Below, piece by piece: positions 37,860 through 49,349 of a stretch of 64,000 bases of DNA (positions are counted from its first letter, which is position 1; each line of letters starts with the position of its first letter). A model generated the notes under the pieces. It was not told the DNA's origin. It saw only the letters and a program-made list of their open reading frames with translations, and ran no database searches. The stretch is taken from NCBI GenBank assembly GCA_964187785.1, contig OZ076413.1, positions 44,828,001 through 44,892,000 on the forward strand. The letters run 5' to 3'. This DNA is from Amphiscolops sp. MND2022 (taxonomy: Eukaryota). The position numbers and the translations under genes were made by a program.

Positions 37860-39250
37860 TAGTTTAAATTCTCCAAAATAAGTCTTTCTCTTTAAGGAAA
37901 AAGGATTTTGGAGAGCCCAGAGAAACAGCGTTCGATGTGAACAGTCACAATGCGAGCGTTTTCAAAGTTCAATGTTATGGCCGCTGACATAGAAGACACA
38001 AATGTAGAGTTTTCTGTTTCTCCTCTTAATACATTGCCAAATGCAGCCATTGAGCTCCAGTCAGGGACTCCAGTCAGCTCCATCAGCTTCGGTTTAGCAC
38101 AGCATCAAACTTTGTTCGACATGGGCCTTCAAGAGAATTTCGAAATTCAAGAGAACTTCGACGTGGCAACTCTGTCTTCTGCAATAACTCTTTCAAAGAC
38201 GATATTGACGCAGTTTCCTGGCTCTTTAAGTCAGTCAAATTAAAGTTTCGAAATACCTCAAAGTGTTCGCAATAATTTGCGGGCACTTTCAACCAGGTGT
38301 TCCATCGAGTGACTACTGACTCTGGAAGTAAGGGCAAGTTTGTGTGCTCCGTAAACAATCGTTTTCTCCTTAGGAATCTTCCAAAAGTTTCAGATCAATT
38401 ACCTGAATAACTAGATCATGGTTTTTCCAAACTTTATCAGCAATCCTCTCAAAACCGTGGACTGCACATGTAACATGTAGCATTTTGGTACACAAACCTT
38501 TTGAATTTGCCCTTGCAGATATCATATATGAAGCTGAATCAGTTTGAACTTTTCGTATGGTAGATCTTCTTCAAGCAATCTCCTTCAAACAAACAAGCTG
38601 AGAAATTGTAGCACCATCGGTTTTTCTAAACATTACTAGTTCGAGTAACTGGGGTTGAGAGTATATTTAAGGATATAGGATTCCCACCGTGACATCCGCG
38701 ATAAATCTGCCAACGCTTTCGGTACACTCGTCAACGACAAGGTAGAAATCTTGTTTTTCTACAGAATTATTAAAAATGGCAATTAGATCTTCATATTGCT
38801 TTTTCAGTTAACATTGCCGAAGTGTAAACGAAGAAGGAGCTGCAATTTGACAATTTTTTTCTAGAAAGCCTATGAAGTGTGGATTGTCTACTTTGCTCAG
38901 TAGGATATTTGATTTAAATAAACATTTCTTTAAATCGCGAAATAGTTTGTTGTCGCATTGATTTTCAGTCGTTGAAACTAAGTAAATTTGTCTCGTTCGC
39001 AGAGATAGTTTGAAAGTTGTTTGAATGATTAGTGCCGTCGGCATGTTGCTTGGCAAGAACTTTGGTTCGAGTCCCTCATTCCATGAGGTATCCAAATGGT
39101 TTACCTCTGATTTTGCTCGAAGCTGCAATATATTCCCAAAGTTCTCTTCCACCTGGAAGGGACGATACAACTATCCCAGAGACACAATCGCGGCGCCTTC
39201 CAAAGATTCAACGATGAAAAATTTTTGCTTAAGAATACCCATGAAATGAA
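37860..39250 (-). pseudogene. Degenerate hAT-superfamily transposase
   Basis: In order on minus: SNILLSKVDNPHFIGFLEK..PSSFTLR, FYLVVDECT, HVTCAVHGF (CxxH), VVTRWNTWL, and VHIERCFS (dimerisation domain). Confidence 0.8.
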
Positions 39251-40605
39251 ATTTAAAATTCATAAAAGTGTTTTGCTCGATATAAAAACGTTAATTTATA
39301 AATGAAGTTTTTCATATTTCTAAAATTATATATTTTTCGCACAAACATATTTCCCAGCGTATTAAAGTATGAGTTACTACAATAGGTGAGAAGTCGGTTT
39401 TTTGAAAATAAATATACGAGGATAGGATGCACTTGCACTGTTTGCAGATAATTTCTTGCCATCTCTGCAGTCAATCTGTTGAAGTTTCGGCTTTAAAGCA
39501 GCAATAAAAGTGAATAAATGTAAACACAAAGGAGAAGTCATACGCACTTAGCATCATCATTTGGAACGGTATTTCTATTGGCCATTGGCTATCATACACG
39601 CGCGCCATTGGCTAGCATACACCTAAGTGTGTGAAGTTTTAAAAGTTTCTCATTATGGCCATTCCCCATACTTTATCATGAGACATGAGATTAGAGTTAC
39701 GTTATAAATCTATTATAAAAAAACATTGTCAGTTCACTCATCTCATGTGTTGATTCCCTAAACTTTGTAACTTCATAGGGTTTTTTCGTAAATGCAAATA
39801 AATTTTACCCCTATTCAAACATACCACGTTAAAATTGTACCAAATTCTATATTTTAATTTCATGACTATCTTACACCGTTCACTTCCAATTATGCCGAAT
39901 CATGTGTTGTGGAAATAGTGAATTGTAAATTTCATGGGCCGCAATTTTCGAATTTGCATCAAGACAAGGTAAATGTCTTTGATTTTCTGATTTTCTTCGA
40001 AGTTGTTTTGTTAGGGTCTCCACACGGAGAAAAGATGCAGATGAGAGGGGGTGGGGCAGGTACCATTCGATTTGTCATCGAATACAGTCATTGGGAAGTA
40101 GAACCCCTCAATCTTGGAAACTTGTTTCAACATTTGTTTTTGATACTCTTTTCAAAAAACATAAAAATTTCTCAATTCATGAAATTTTCCTGAAATTGTT
40201 TCGTTAAGTTCTCCACACAAATGAACGATACAGGTTGGGGGTTGGTACCATTCGATTCCTCATCGGAAGCAGTACCTAGAAAATAAAACACCAACCTGGG
40301 AATTTGTTGCGAAATCTTTCTTCATTTTCTTTGAAAAAACATTGAAAGTTCCTCTTTTCTGTATTTACTGATTATTGGTTGATTTACCTAATGTCAGATG
40401 AATGGTTGCTCTGATTTGGAGAAGTCATTGGCACTGAAGGTATTGCGTTTCCTATTTTATTTCTAATGAGATTGCTAGATGCTATTGTCTGTCATGGAGT
40501 GTATTTGGGAATTTATCGATCAATATCTGTTACCATTCAAACATTCTAAGCATTCTCTCGAGCTTTTACTGTCACTCGAAAAAAACCTTGGAAAGACATT
40601 TTTGG

Positions 40606-40755
40606 TACCCAGATCAACAACACGATGGCCCATCGAAGGGAGCACAGCATTGTTCGATCAATGGCCCATGAGAAAAAGGTCAGCAGCCAAGGCTATGGCC
40701 CATCAATGGGGCTGCGATGGTCCATCGATGGCCCATGGATGAGCTGCCCTGGTAT
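40606..40755. repeat. Short element with repeated ATGGCCCAT motif (possible MITE)
   Basis: Five ATGG(C/T)CCAT copies between CCCAG and CTGGT ends. Confidence 0.4.
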
Positions 40756-40926
40756 GCTTTTTCCAAAACATCATGTTTTAGAATTTTCCATACGAGCGTA
40801 TAGATCCTGTACGCTTGAGTTTCGTGTTTACGATCAAAATATTCTATACATGCTTATTCTTGCCAACATTAAACTGAATATAAAAACACATTAGTACAAA
40901 ACACTATTACATTGGAACAAAAAACT

Positions 40927-41330
40927 AACAAGTCCGGACAGGCCCAAGTCGGCGCCATATCTAAAGCTCAGAAACTGTGAAATATCTGAACTTATAAATC
41001 GTTAAATCGGAGCTTTGAAAACGTTATATCAGAACTTCAAAACATTACATCCGAACTTTGAAAACGTTATGTCCGAACTTTGAAATTGTCAAATCCGAAC
41101 GTTGAAAACATTATATCCGAACTTCGAAAACGTTATATCCGAAGTTTGAAAACGTTTTATCCGAACTTCGAAAACGATACATTCGAACTTGGAAACGTTA
41201 TATCCGAACTTTGAAACGATATATCGGAACTGAAATCCGGGTAAACCACTCGGCAATGAAGTTGAACAAACGAACAAAAAAGTGGACAGATCGCGTCGAA
41301 CTGACGAGAAAAACTAGCCACTGTAAGAAT
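40927..41330. mobile_element. Helentron/DINE-1-like element with a central ~21-bp tandem array
   Basis: Starts AACAAGTCCGGACAGGCCCAAGTCGGCGCCATATCTAAAGCTC. About 11 units of ATCCGAACTTTGAAAACGTTAT lie at 41005-41232. Confidence 0.7.
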
Positions 41331-41695
41331 TGTGCGTGAAACCGGTGACTAAGATGTGAGATGAGTGTTCAAAAATTTTATTTTTTGAATCGTTTTCGGT
41401 CCAAGTTGAACCATTGTCAGCATTTACTGAAAAAAACACTCAACTGAAATCAAAGCGTTTACAGATTCAAGGTAGAAAATAATCAACTGAAAGTACAAAG
41501 AAACAAAATAATCTATAAAAAGATATTACAGATTGCTTCCAGAGCCATATTGAACCGAAATCTTTTTTCTTTTGGTCATCTTTGTAGTCTCCTCTTTAAC
41601 CGGATTCGTCGCGCTGGTTGACGGCCGATCCCTTCCTTGCGATATGCAGAGGCTCCAAAGTCAAACTTTATGTGTTGCTTAACAACTGACTGCTG

Positions 41696-42626
41696 TTCTT
41701 ACATATGGTTAACAGACAAAATACGAGTTAGTTTCTGCTTCAGGGTACCAACGAAGGGTGATGTTCTACAAAATGATGTAATGCGGATGGATGGTTGCTA
41801 CAGTTCAAAGCTGCTCACTAGATTTTACCGTGGACATTTTTTCTATTCAAAAAGGGACCTTTTCACAGGATTGTAAATTGCAAAAGTGAATTTATGTTGT
41901 TTTGGATACTAATATCTAGCAATTGGGATCACTTTTTGCTGGAAGTGTCAAAACAGTTCTGAAGACAAACCTCCAAGTTTTATCATTTATATAGTATGTT
42001 CTGTGAAATACACATCACATTGTTTTTTCATTGAAATTACTCGAAATCACATCAGTTTGTTTTTTTTTCATTTCGATAAATCGAAATTAGGTCGCATTGT
42101 TTTTTCATTGAAAATACTCAAAAACACATCGCGTTATTTCATTGGAAATACTGGAAATCACACCGCGTTGTTATTTCATTGAAAATACTCGAAGCCACAA
42201 TGCATTGCTATTTCATTGAAAGTACTCGAAATCACACCGCTTCATTTTTCATTGAATATGCTTGAAATCTCTTCGCGTAGTTCTTCCAATGGAAATAGTC
42301 GAAATCACATAGCGTTGTTCTTCCAATGGAAAAACTCGAAATCACACTGCGTTGTATTTTCTTGTTCCTTTAGATTACTGTCTAAAAAGAACTCTCTATT
42401 CTCTAGAAACCTCTAAACCCCAAAACAAACTAACATTTACAATCGCAAGGGAAATAGATATGTCGTGAATCAAGAAAAATAGGAACAAGATGTTTAAACT
42501 TTCAAAAAATTAGTTTCTTACATATGGTTAACAGACAAAATACGAGTTAGTTTCTACTTCAGGGTACCAACGAAGGGTGATGTTCTACAAAATGATGTAA
42601 TGCGGATGGATGGTTGCTACAGTTCA
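41696..42626. repeat. 112-bp direct repeats (41696-41807, 42515-42626) flanking a ~33-bp minisatellite (42005-42360)
   Basis: TTCTTACATATGGTTAACAGAC...GCTACAGTTCA occurs twice with one visible mismatch. About 10 units of TTTCATTGAAAATACTCGAAATCACACCGCGTTG lie between them. Confidence 0.85.
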
Positions 42627-43677
42627 TTTCAAATTGAAGAGTTCTCATAATTATTTGAAGTAGTAAATAAAACATATTTAATTTAGAAACATCAGCAATC
42701 TTTGCTCTTGTTTGAAATTTTTGGATCTGTGCGTGTATTAGGTGTTTTACACAAGTTGGGTAAAGTCCAAATAATTTTAACTTTGTTTTTCATGAGACCC
42801 TGCAGAGGCTTCGTTCTCGTCGTGGGTCTTGTTATGGGTGACACTATATGATCCCCGAACCGAGAGCCTCTATAAAAATACCATATTCTGGGAAAAATTG
42901 AACGTTTGTTGTGAAATTTGTATCACAGCTAGCACCTGTGTCCGACTTTTTTGGTCAATACATGATTGTTCTTAGTGACAATTTAAAATTTCAGGATCCT
43001 TTATCTGTCATTGATAGGTGATACATGCTTTAAAAATTCATCAAAAAATGTGAATACTACCTTGGAAATAACCGTTACCTGAAATTCCAAAACTCACTTA
43101 ACGCTGTTCAAGATATATCCAATCAACATTTGAACAATTGCCCCCTCCCAAACAAACATTTGAAGAATAGACAATTTTCCAAGTCACTTTTATCGCATAA
43201 GAAAGTTTGTACTATTTCTGTTATGCCACACTGTGACCGACGTATGACCAAAAAATGTAGTCTGTTCGAAAAATGATCATGTTGTTAGTATGTTCATCAT
43301 CCAAAAATATCCATGGTCGCCATGGTAAGGACTTGGCAAGGCGCTGATGACGTCATGATCACTCACGAAATAACCGTGAATATACGAAAGACATACTGTG
43401 ATTATAGGGAAGTTATTTCGAGTGGTTTTACTGTCATGTCAAATGAGAGACAGGGAGTGACGCTTATTAACAGTGATCTGCCTCCTCGAAATTGTGCTTT
43501 TAATTTATCCAATATGATTTACAATTCGTAATTAAATTCTTCATTAACAGTTTTTAGTCATTGTGAAATAATTCTTTAATCAAAATTTAGTTTATAGGTT
43601 TTGTAAATTTTAGGCCACCTCATTGTAACAAATTATGACCGTTTTGTAGTGTTTGGATCAGACGTGACAATGTGTGT

Positions 43678-45603
43678 TCATGAATCGCTCCTCCAATGGT
43701 AAACAGCAACAGCGGCCACAACAGCTATTAGACCAAGAACAACGAATGCGATAGATGACGATGAGGATGACGATGACGTTTCTTCTCCCTGACTTTGAGC
43801 AGATCGGTTTTTGGATTCCGTCGCCTTCGTTTGCATGTCCTCTTTTGCTTCCTTCATTTCCGGTTTTTCAACCTTGGGTTGTTCACGAATGACCTTTTCA
43901 GTCGGTTTTTCTTCCTCGGGTTTAAGATGTACTTTGGCTGGTTCGGGAACCGCTTTCTCACCAACATTCTCTGTAGCCTTTGGCATCTCTGCAGGTTTTG
44001 CTGGCTCCTCAGGTTTGTCTTTCGTTTCTGAATCAGCTTTTGTAGGTTCTGTTACTTCCCTTTCAGATACTGGGGAGACATCTTTGTGTTCTTTGGCAGG
44101 CGCTTCTTCTGGTTTGATATTTTCAGGTGCAGCTTCTTTTTTATCACCAGAGGCAGGGTTTGTGACATCGATATCCTTTTTGTGTGCCTCAGTGCTATCT
44201 GACTTTTCAATAGCTACAAAGTTGTATTTTCCATCGCCATTGCATTCCTGGATCTCAAACCCCTCTATTTGGAGCCCATCGTCTTTATTCACAGTTACCC
44301 CTCCTTCGATATGCGGCTTGTCATCTTTCGGTTTTTCTTCTTGGTTCATTTTCTCGAACTCAGTACTCGACACAATTTCAGGCGAAGAAGGTGGGTCTTG
44401 GTTAGAGTCTTTTTTAGGCTCTGAAACCTCAACTGGTTTAGGGTCCGCAGGGGGTTTTGTAACCGTCGCTTCTTCTTGCGCTTGAACATCACTAGGACGA
44501 GCTGGTTTTGGCTCTTCATTAGCAAGCTCGGGAACTTCAGACGTGTGAGAATCAGGTTTCTTTTCTTCTTCGGTTTTCGGTTCATCTTCAGCTGGTTTTT
44601 CTTCCATCTTAGGTTCTTCTTTTTTGTTCAAGGTGACTACTCCGCCGACTATAGTTACATCTGCACTGCTGGTACTTTTCCTAGCACTGGGTTTCACTTT
44701 CTTCTTCGGAGCATCTTTATCTTTTTTCTTTGGCTCCTCGTCCGACTCACTGTCATCTTTAGAAGACATTTTCTTGTCCATCAACCCTGAAGATTTCAGG
44801 GATTTAAAGATGGCAGTTTCATCCCTTTCCCCATAAAAGTCACACTTTCCTTCAGCCTTGTAGAAATCGGAGATCTCCATTTGCTGAGGGTCTTCAGGGT
44901 CATATTGAGAGAAAATGGATCCTGATTTTTGGAAGAAACACATTGAATCTTGTAATCCAGGGATGTCGCATTCTTCTGGCAATCTTCGATTTGCAAACAC
45001 GTATTGCAACTGAAGTTTACCCCTAAGTTTCTCCTTTCCGGTTCCAGAAATAACCAGACCCGGCTTTTCATACAGTTTCCATGTCAGAGCCACATGCTGT
45101 CTAGCCGCTGCTACCAATAGTTTGCCGTTGAACCTAATTATTCCCAGCAGATCGTTTTTCCCAATGACGTTGTAATCATAAACTTTGATGACCAGGTTTT
45201 CGAACCTATTCTTTGGTGCAATTTTACTGAGAGGAATGCTGAATGGTTTCCATCTAGGGTTTAAGTTGTTTTTCAAAACCTCGCTCTTGTAAATAACTTT
45301 GTCCGCCAAAGTGCTGACTTCAAGAAGAGCATCTGATTGGCCAACGACGTCGGTGTCTGCCAAATCGAAAGCTCGGAACTTAATAATGAAGTGACAGTCG
45401 GATTGGTCTTTGAGTTCGGCGGCTATTCGAGCAGCTTTGGTACTTTTGACTACACTAGATTGAGTTTCGTCTACAGCTTCCAGGAGCATCCTGTCTTCCA
45501 CTGAATTCACTTCGTAAATTGCTGAAAAACACGAAATATTTTTGACAGGAACTGTCATTTGTTGATAAAACTGATTCGTTAGCAAACGAATTAACTCATT
45601 CAT
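43678..45603 (-). CDS. C2-domain protein (copine C2B-like) with long charged linker and C-terminal transmembrane anchor; the true 5' end may be spliced (acceptor TTTTTCAG ending at 45522)
   Basis: Intact 641-aa frame. C2 motifs DLADTDVVGQSDALL, IYKSEVLKNNLNPRWKPF, VYDYNVIGKNDLLG and GKLQL. E/K/P/D-rich linker. TM segment IAFVVLGLIAVVAAVAVY. Confidence 0.85.
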   Translation of the reverse strand: MNELIRLLTNQFYQQMTVPVKNISCFSAIYEVNSVEDRMLLEAVDETQSSVVKSTKAARIAAELKDQSDCHFIIKFRAFDLADTDVVGQSDALLEVSTLADKVIYKSEVLKNNLNPRWKPFSIPLSKIAPKNRFENLVIKVYDYNVIGKNDLLGIIRFNGKLLVAAARQHVALTWKLYEKPGLVISGTGKEKLRGKLQLQYVFANRRLPEECDIPGLQDSMCFFQKSGSIFSQYDPEDPQQMEISDFYKAEGKCDFYGERDETAIFKSLKSSGLMDKKMSSKDDSESDEEPKKKDKDAPKKKVKPSARKSTSSADVTIVGGVVTLNKKEEPKMEEKPAEDEPKTEEEKKPDSHTSEVPELANEEPKPARPSDVQAQEEATVTKPPADPKPVEVSEPKKDSNQDPPSSPEIVSSTEFEKMNQEEKPKDDKPHIEGGVTVNKDDGLQIEGFEIQECNGDGKYNFVAIEKSDSTEAHKKDIDVTNPASGDKKEAAPENIKPEEAPAKEHKDVSPVSEREVTEPTKADSETKDKPEEPAKPAEMPKATENVGEKAVPEPAKVHLKPEEEKPTEKVIREQPKVEKPEMKEAKEDMQTKATESKNRSAQSQGEETSSSSSSSSIAFVVLGLIAVVAAVAVYHWRSDS

Positions 45604-46030
45604 ATTTTGTATTTCCTATGAACTACAGTCCTGTGATGAAAGAATGGAACCCCTAATTGATAATAATGTTTGCAACACTTCATTTTTTCCGCCAATATCT
45701 CTGAGACTATTTATATTTAAAAAATGGCTTTGATAAATGTTTCTCAAAATTTGTATGTAAAGCTATAGCTTTTTTCCATAACATCTTGTTACTTCTGCCG
45801 GATCCCACAGTTTCTATGAATACGAAAACTATTTAAAGAAGTTCTTTTAACGTTATCAAGATGCCCTAAGAGTGAAATTTGACAATTTTCTCTATATATC
45901 TGTCATAACCTACATCATTTTCACTTTGTTCAGAATCTTCCAAACATTCCATTTGATGATTTGAAAGGTTATTTGCTGTTGTGTTTAGTCCAGGGAAATT
46001 CTCTCTTGAGTCCTGGACCTGTTGGCTGAA

Positions 46031-46555
46031 TTAACTTTTATGCCGTCCATATGACCCAAGGTCCAAAGTTTGGTCCATAGGGACGTTTCTACTCGGATGC
46101 CGTCCGTCTGACCGAAGGTCCAATTTCGCGTTCTTAGGCTCCCTATGATTTACTATGACATTTTCGATGCTCGGTAGTATTTTTTCATCGATAGCGGAGT
46201 TTATTACCTCCATAATATGGGAATTTAGATCAGATTTCATTTCTTCCAATTTCCTCGACATCTGTGAAGAAATTTCTGAACTAATTGCTCTACTAGTTTC
46301 TACTGTAATTTCACTATTCTCACTCAAATTTGTATTCAAAAGAGATCTATAGTTGCTTTCTTCTTGTCTGAAACCTTGTTGCCGTCCACTTGACTCAGGG
46401 TCAATTTCTATTTGATCTACTGTGTTTTGGTCTCTAATCTCGCTGTTTGAGTAATTTCCAAGCATCACATCTAAATTTTCAATATCTGACATTACGTCAG
46501 ACTGTCGAGAACGTTTCTCTCTTGCTTTCTGCTTTCTAGTTGAAGGCATTTTCAA
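46031..46555 (-). CDS. Uncharacterised 174-aa ORF with a basic N-terminus and predicted coiled coil; probably mobile-element derived
   Basis: MPSTRKQKAREKRSR..SEISSQMSRKLEEMKSDLNSHIMEVINSAI. Protein-like composition, no recognisable catalytic motif, no similarity to the C2 genes. Confidence 0.4.
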   Translation of the reverse strand: MKMPSTRKQKAREKRSRQSDVMSDIENLDVMLGNYSNSEIRDQNTVDQIEIDPESSGRQQGFRQEESNYRSLLNTNLSENSEITVETSRAISSEISSQMSRKLEEMKSDLNSHIMEVINSAIDEKILPSIENVIVNHREPKNAKLDLRSDGRHPSRNVPMDQTLDLGSYGRHKS

Positions 46556-49349
46556 GGAATGGATTTGATTCCAACAGTGAATTGATCAACAGTAACAAAT
46601 CAAACAGTTTTGTATCGTAGCGTTTTCAATCAATGAATGAATGTCCCTTCTTATTACAAATTCCGCGTATATATAGTTTATACTGCATGACACGCAATAT
46701 TTTGCGTGTCAGGAACTAAATTTAGGGTGATATCATTCTAAATATAGCCCCGATTTCATTATTAGGTCACTAGTCCTAAAAATAGACTGAGGGTTTTGAC
46801 ATTACGTCACACAAATGAATAGATATAAATAGCATCAAACAAACAGTGGGTATCTTTACATGTATTCAAATTCAGGTTAAAATCAACCTTTCATGCATTG
46901 GTAACATCAATACTCAATGAAATTCTAAATATGACCATGCGTCAGCATGACTGCAATGATAGACTGGTACTTTACTCTGATTGGTCAACAAGTACTTGTG
47001 ACCACACGTCGGTTTGACTGCAGTAGAGTACTAGTTAATTAACTTAGAGAAGTGTCTTAAGGTACTCTTTAAACACCGTTTAACAGCACTTGAGTTACTT
47101 TGCTAAGTATTGCGTCGTTAACTAAGTGATGTACTTTAGGTCCAGATTAATTGCAAGTAATTTCATCAATGGGAAATTCTAAATAGTAACAAATCAATAA
47201 TAGCAATTGAATAAATGCACAGATTAAAAGCTGTCAGTTTGACCTTTGGTCTAAATAGTAACATCGAAATTGCATGTTTAGCGTTAATAATTCGGTCATT
47301 ACATGCATGAAACAAATATTAAACTATCAAAATAAATGCTAAAGTTCGTTTCAGAGTTTGTTCTAGATAGGTAGTACCCCGGAGGCTGGTGGCGTCTCAT
47401 TACCTTCTGGCATCATTTGGTATAGGATGCCGTCACAAGCGGCAGCTTGCGACAATATCGTGACTGATTCAACCTAGCACCCGAAATTCTCAAACGGAAC
47501 GCAAGCAACATGATTGTCTTCTGATTATGCCTTTTTCTTGGACAGCAATGCCAATATTTGTTACTTTAGATATTTTTTTAAATTTCCGAGCCAGAATAAT
47601 GGTCTGCGCCAAAAATTGTCACTGTGGGGACCTTATCCTATTGACATGCTGGGCGCTTTTTTCTTGGTATCTTCAAACGGTACTCGTTCTTTGTGAAACT
47701 GTCGTAGTGATGAAGTGGATTTCTCGTGCCATCTTTTACGAAAAAAAAATTGTTTCCCTGCGCCTCTTGTTGCAGAACGAACCCTTGAAGTTATAGGCTC
47801 AAATTTTGAGCAACATTCAAATTTCTGCTTGATTGTTACTCCCTCCAATGGCTCGGTGCCATGCCTTGCCAAGCTGGAGGCCACGGGTTCGAATCTTGAC
47901 AACGCCGAAGTTTGTATCTTTTCAAAATCGACCATACTACCCGGACTTGCTTAAAAACACGGTTCGTTTACTTCTAATTTGCTTATAACCTAATCGCGTA
48001 TCGCGAGTTTGTGCTTTAAAGATGTACCGGTTTTAGATTTTGATTTGGAGAGACCTTAGGGACTCGGTTGTGACACAATCGTTTCTGCCGTACTTTACGC
48101 AAAAGTTTAGATTTGACGAAAGAAGTTCGTATACAACGTTGCCCAAAAACAGTCAATATTTCTATGTTCATCGAAACTTTTGCAGCGTTCAGTTTTGAGC
48201 ACAAATTGTGAAAACAAGGAACCAATGAACCAATGAAACCGAATAATCACCCAAAAGTTGAAAGTTTGATTTTTCTGACTTTTTGGTTGAAGAAAACAAT
48301 GGAAGAACATCTTGCAGACAAAAGATTTCATTCACCCACATTCTGAGATTCTCCATTCTGAGCGAAAAACCTCTGAATTGAAAAATGGCCCAGCTGGACA
48401 AATACTTGATGTTTGTCTTTTTCTGTCATCCCTCACCTCTGATGATGAAAACCATTTTCGACAAATTTTTTTTTACCGATGATCAAAATTATTTAACAGA
48501 AAGATGAATGAAAACTGAATTAAACTAACATTAATTTACTTTGGTGCAATGCTCACATAGCATCAGTTATAAATACACTATTCACTCATTTGAGCAAATT
48601 AACATCGTCTAATGCTCTCTTTTCACTTGCACGTTAGTTCTAATGCCATTTTAATGAGCATTTTCTGCGAAAAAATGATGTTCACTTTGTGTTTGAAACT
48701 CTTTTGCGCCAAATGAAAACTGAAACTTATTTTACAAATTTTGGCAAAATTTTTGTGCTATTAGCTGTCATTTGGAATGAAAAACAAAAGAAAAGTAAAT
48801 ATAGTCGAAACGCACTCATTGTAGTAATAGGTGAGTTCACCCATTACTACAAAAAGTGCGTAAGAAATAATAGTTTTATAACCAAAAAAAACACTAGACA
48901 CCTTATCGTTTGTCAACAAAGAACAGATTTTTCGACTGTATCAACGTCATTCATAAAACGGTCAGTTCAAATAGAATAGAAATTTCCAAAAAAGCATTTA
49001 TACTAGGAACTATCGATTTTGGCATCATTGTTTCGTTTGTGAGCGTGAACTTTGCAAGCCTTGCATGACGTTTAAAAACCATAGCAGTTGCTATAATTTC
49101 ACAAGTTTTAGGTATCATTAAAATATCATATTTCATCGTTCTAAGCCAGTAACGAAAGCTAGTAAGTATTGAAATTATTGAAAATATTCGGATGGCCCAA
49201 GTTTTGAGTGAATCTTCTTAAGTGAAAAGAGCTGGAAAATATAGTTGAATAGTGACAAACTTGTACCCCAAACTAATATTTGGTTGCTCAGATTTGGTCT
49301 TACGAAATGACTAATAATTTCAATATCGACGATTTCCTTGTCTTATTCA

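Noticed and set aside
41005..42360. CRISPR-like appearance of the 21-bp and 33-bp arrays
   Set aside because: Units are head-to-tail and degenerate with no unique spacers, there are no cas genes, and the context is eukaryotic.
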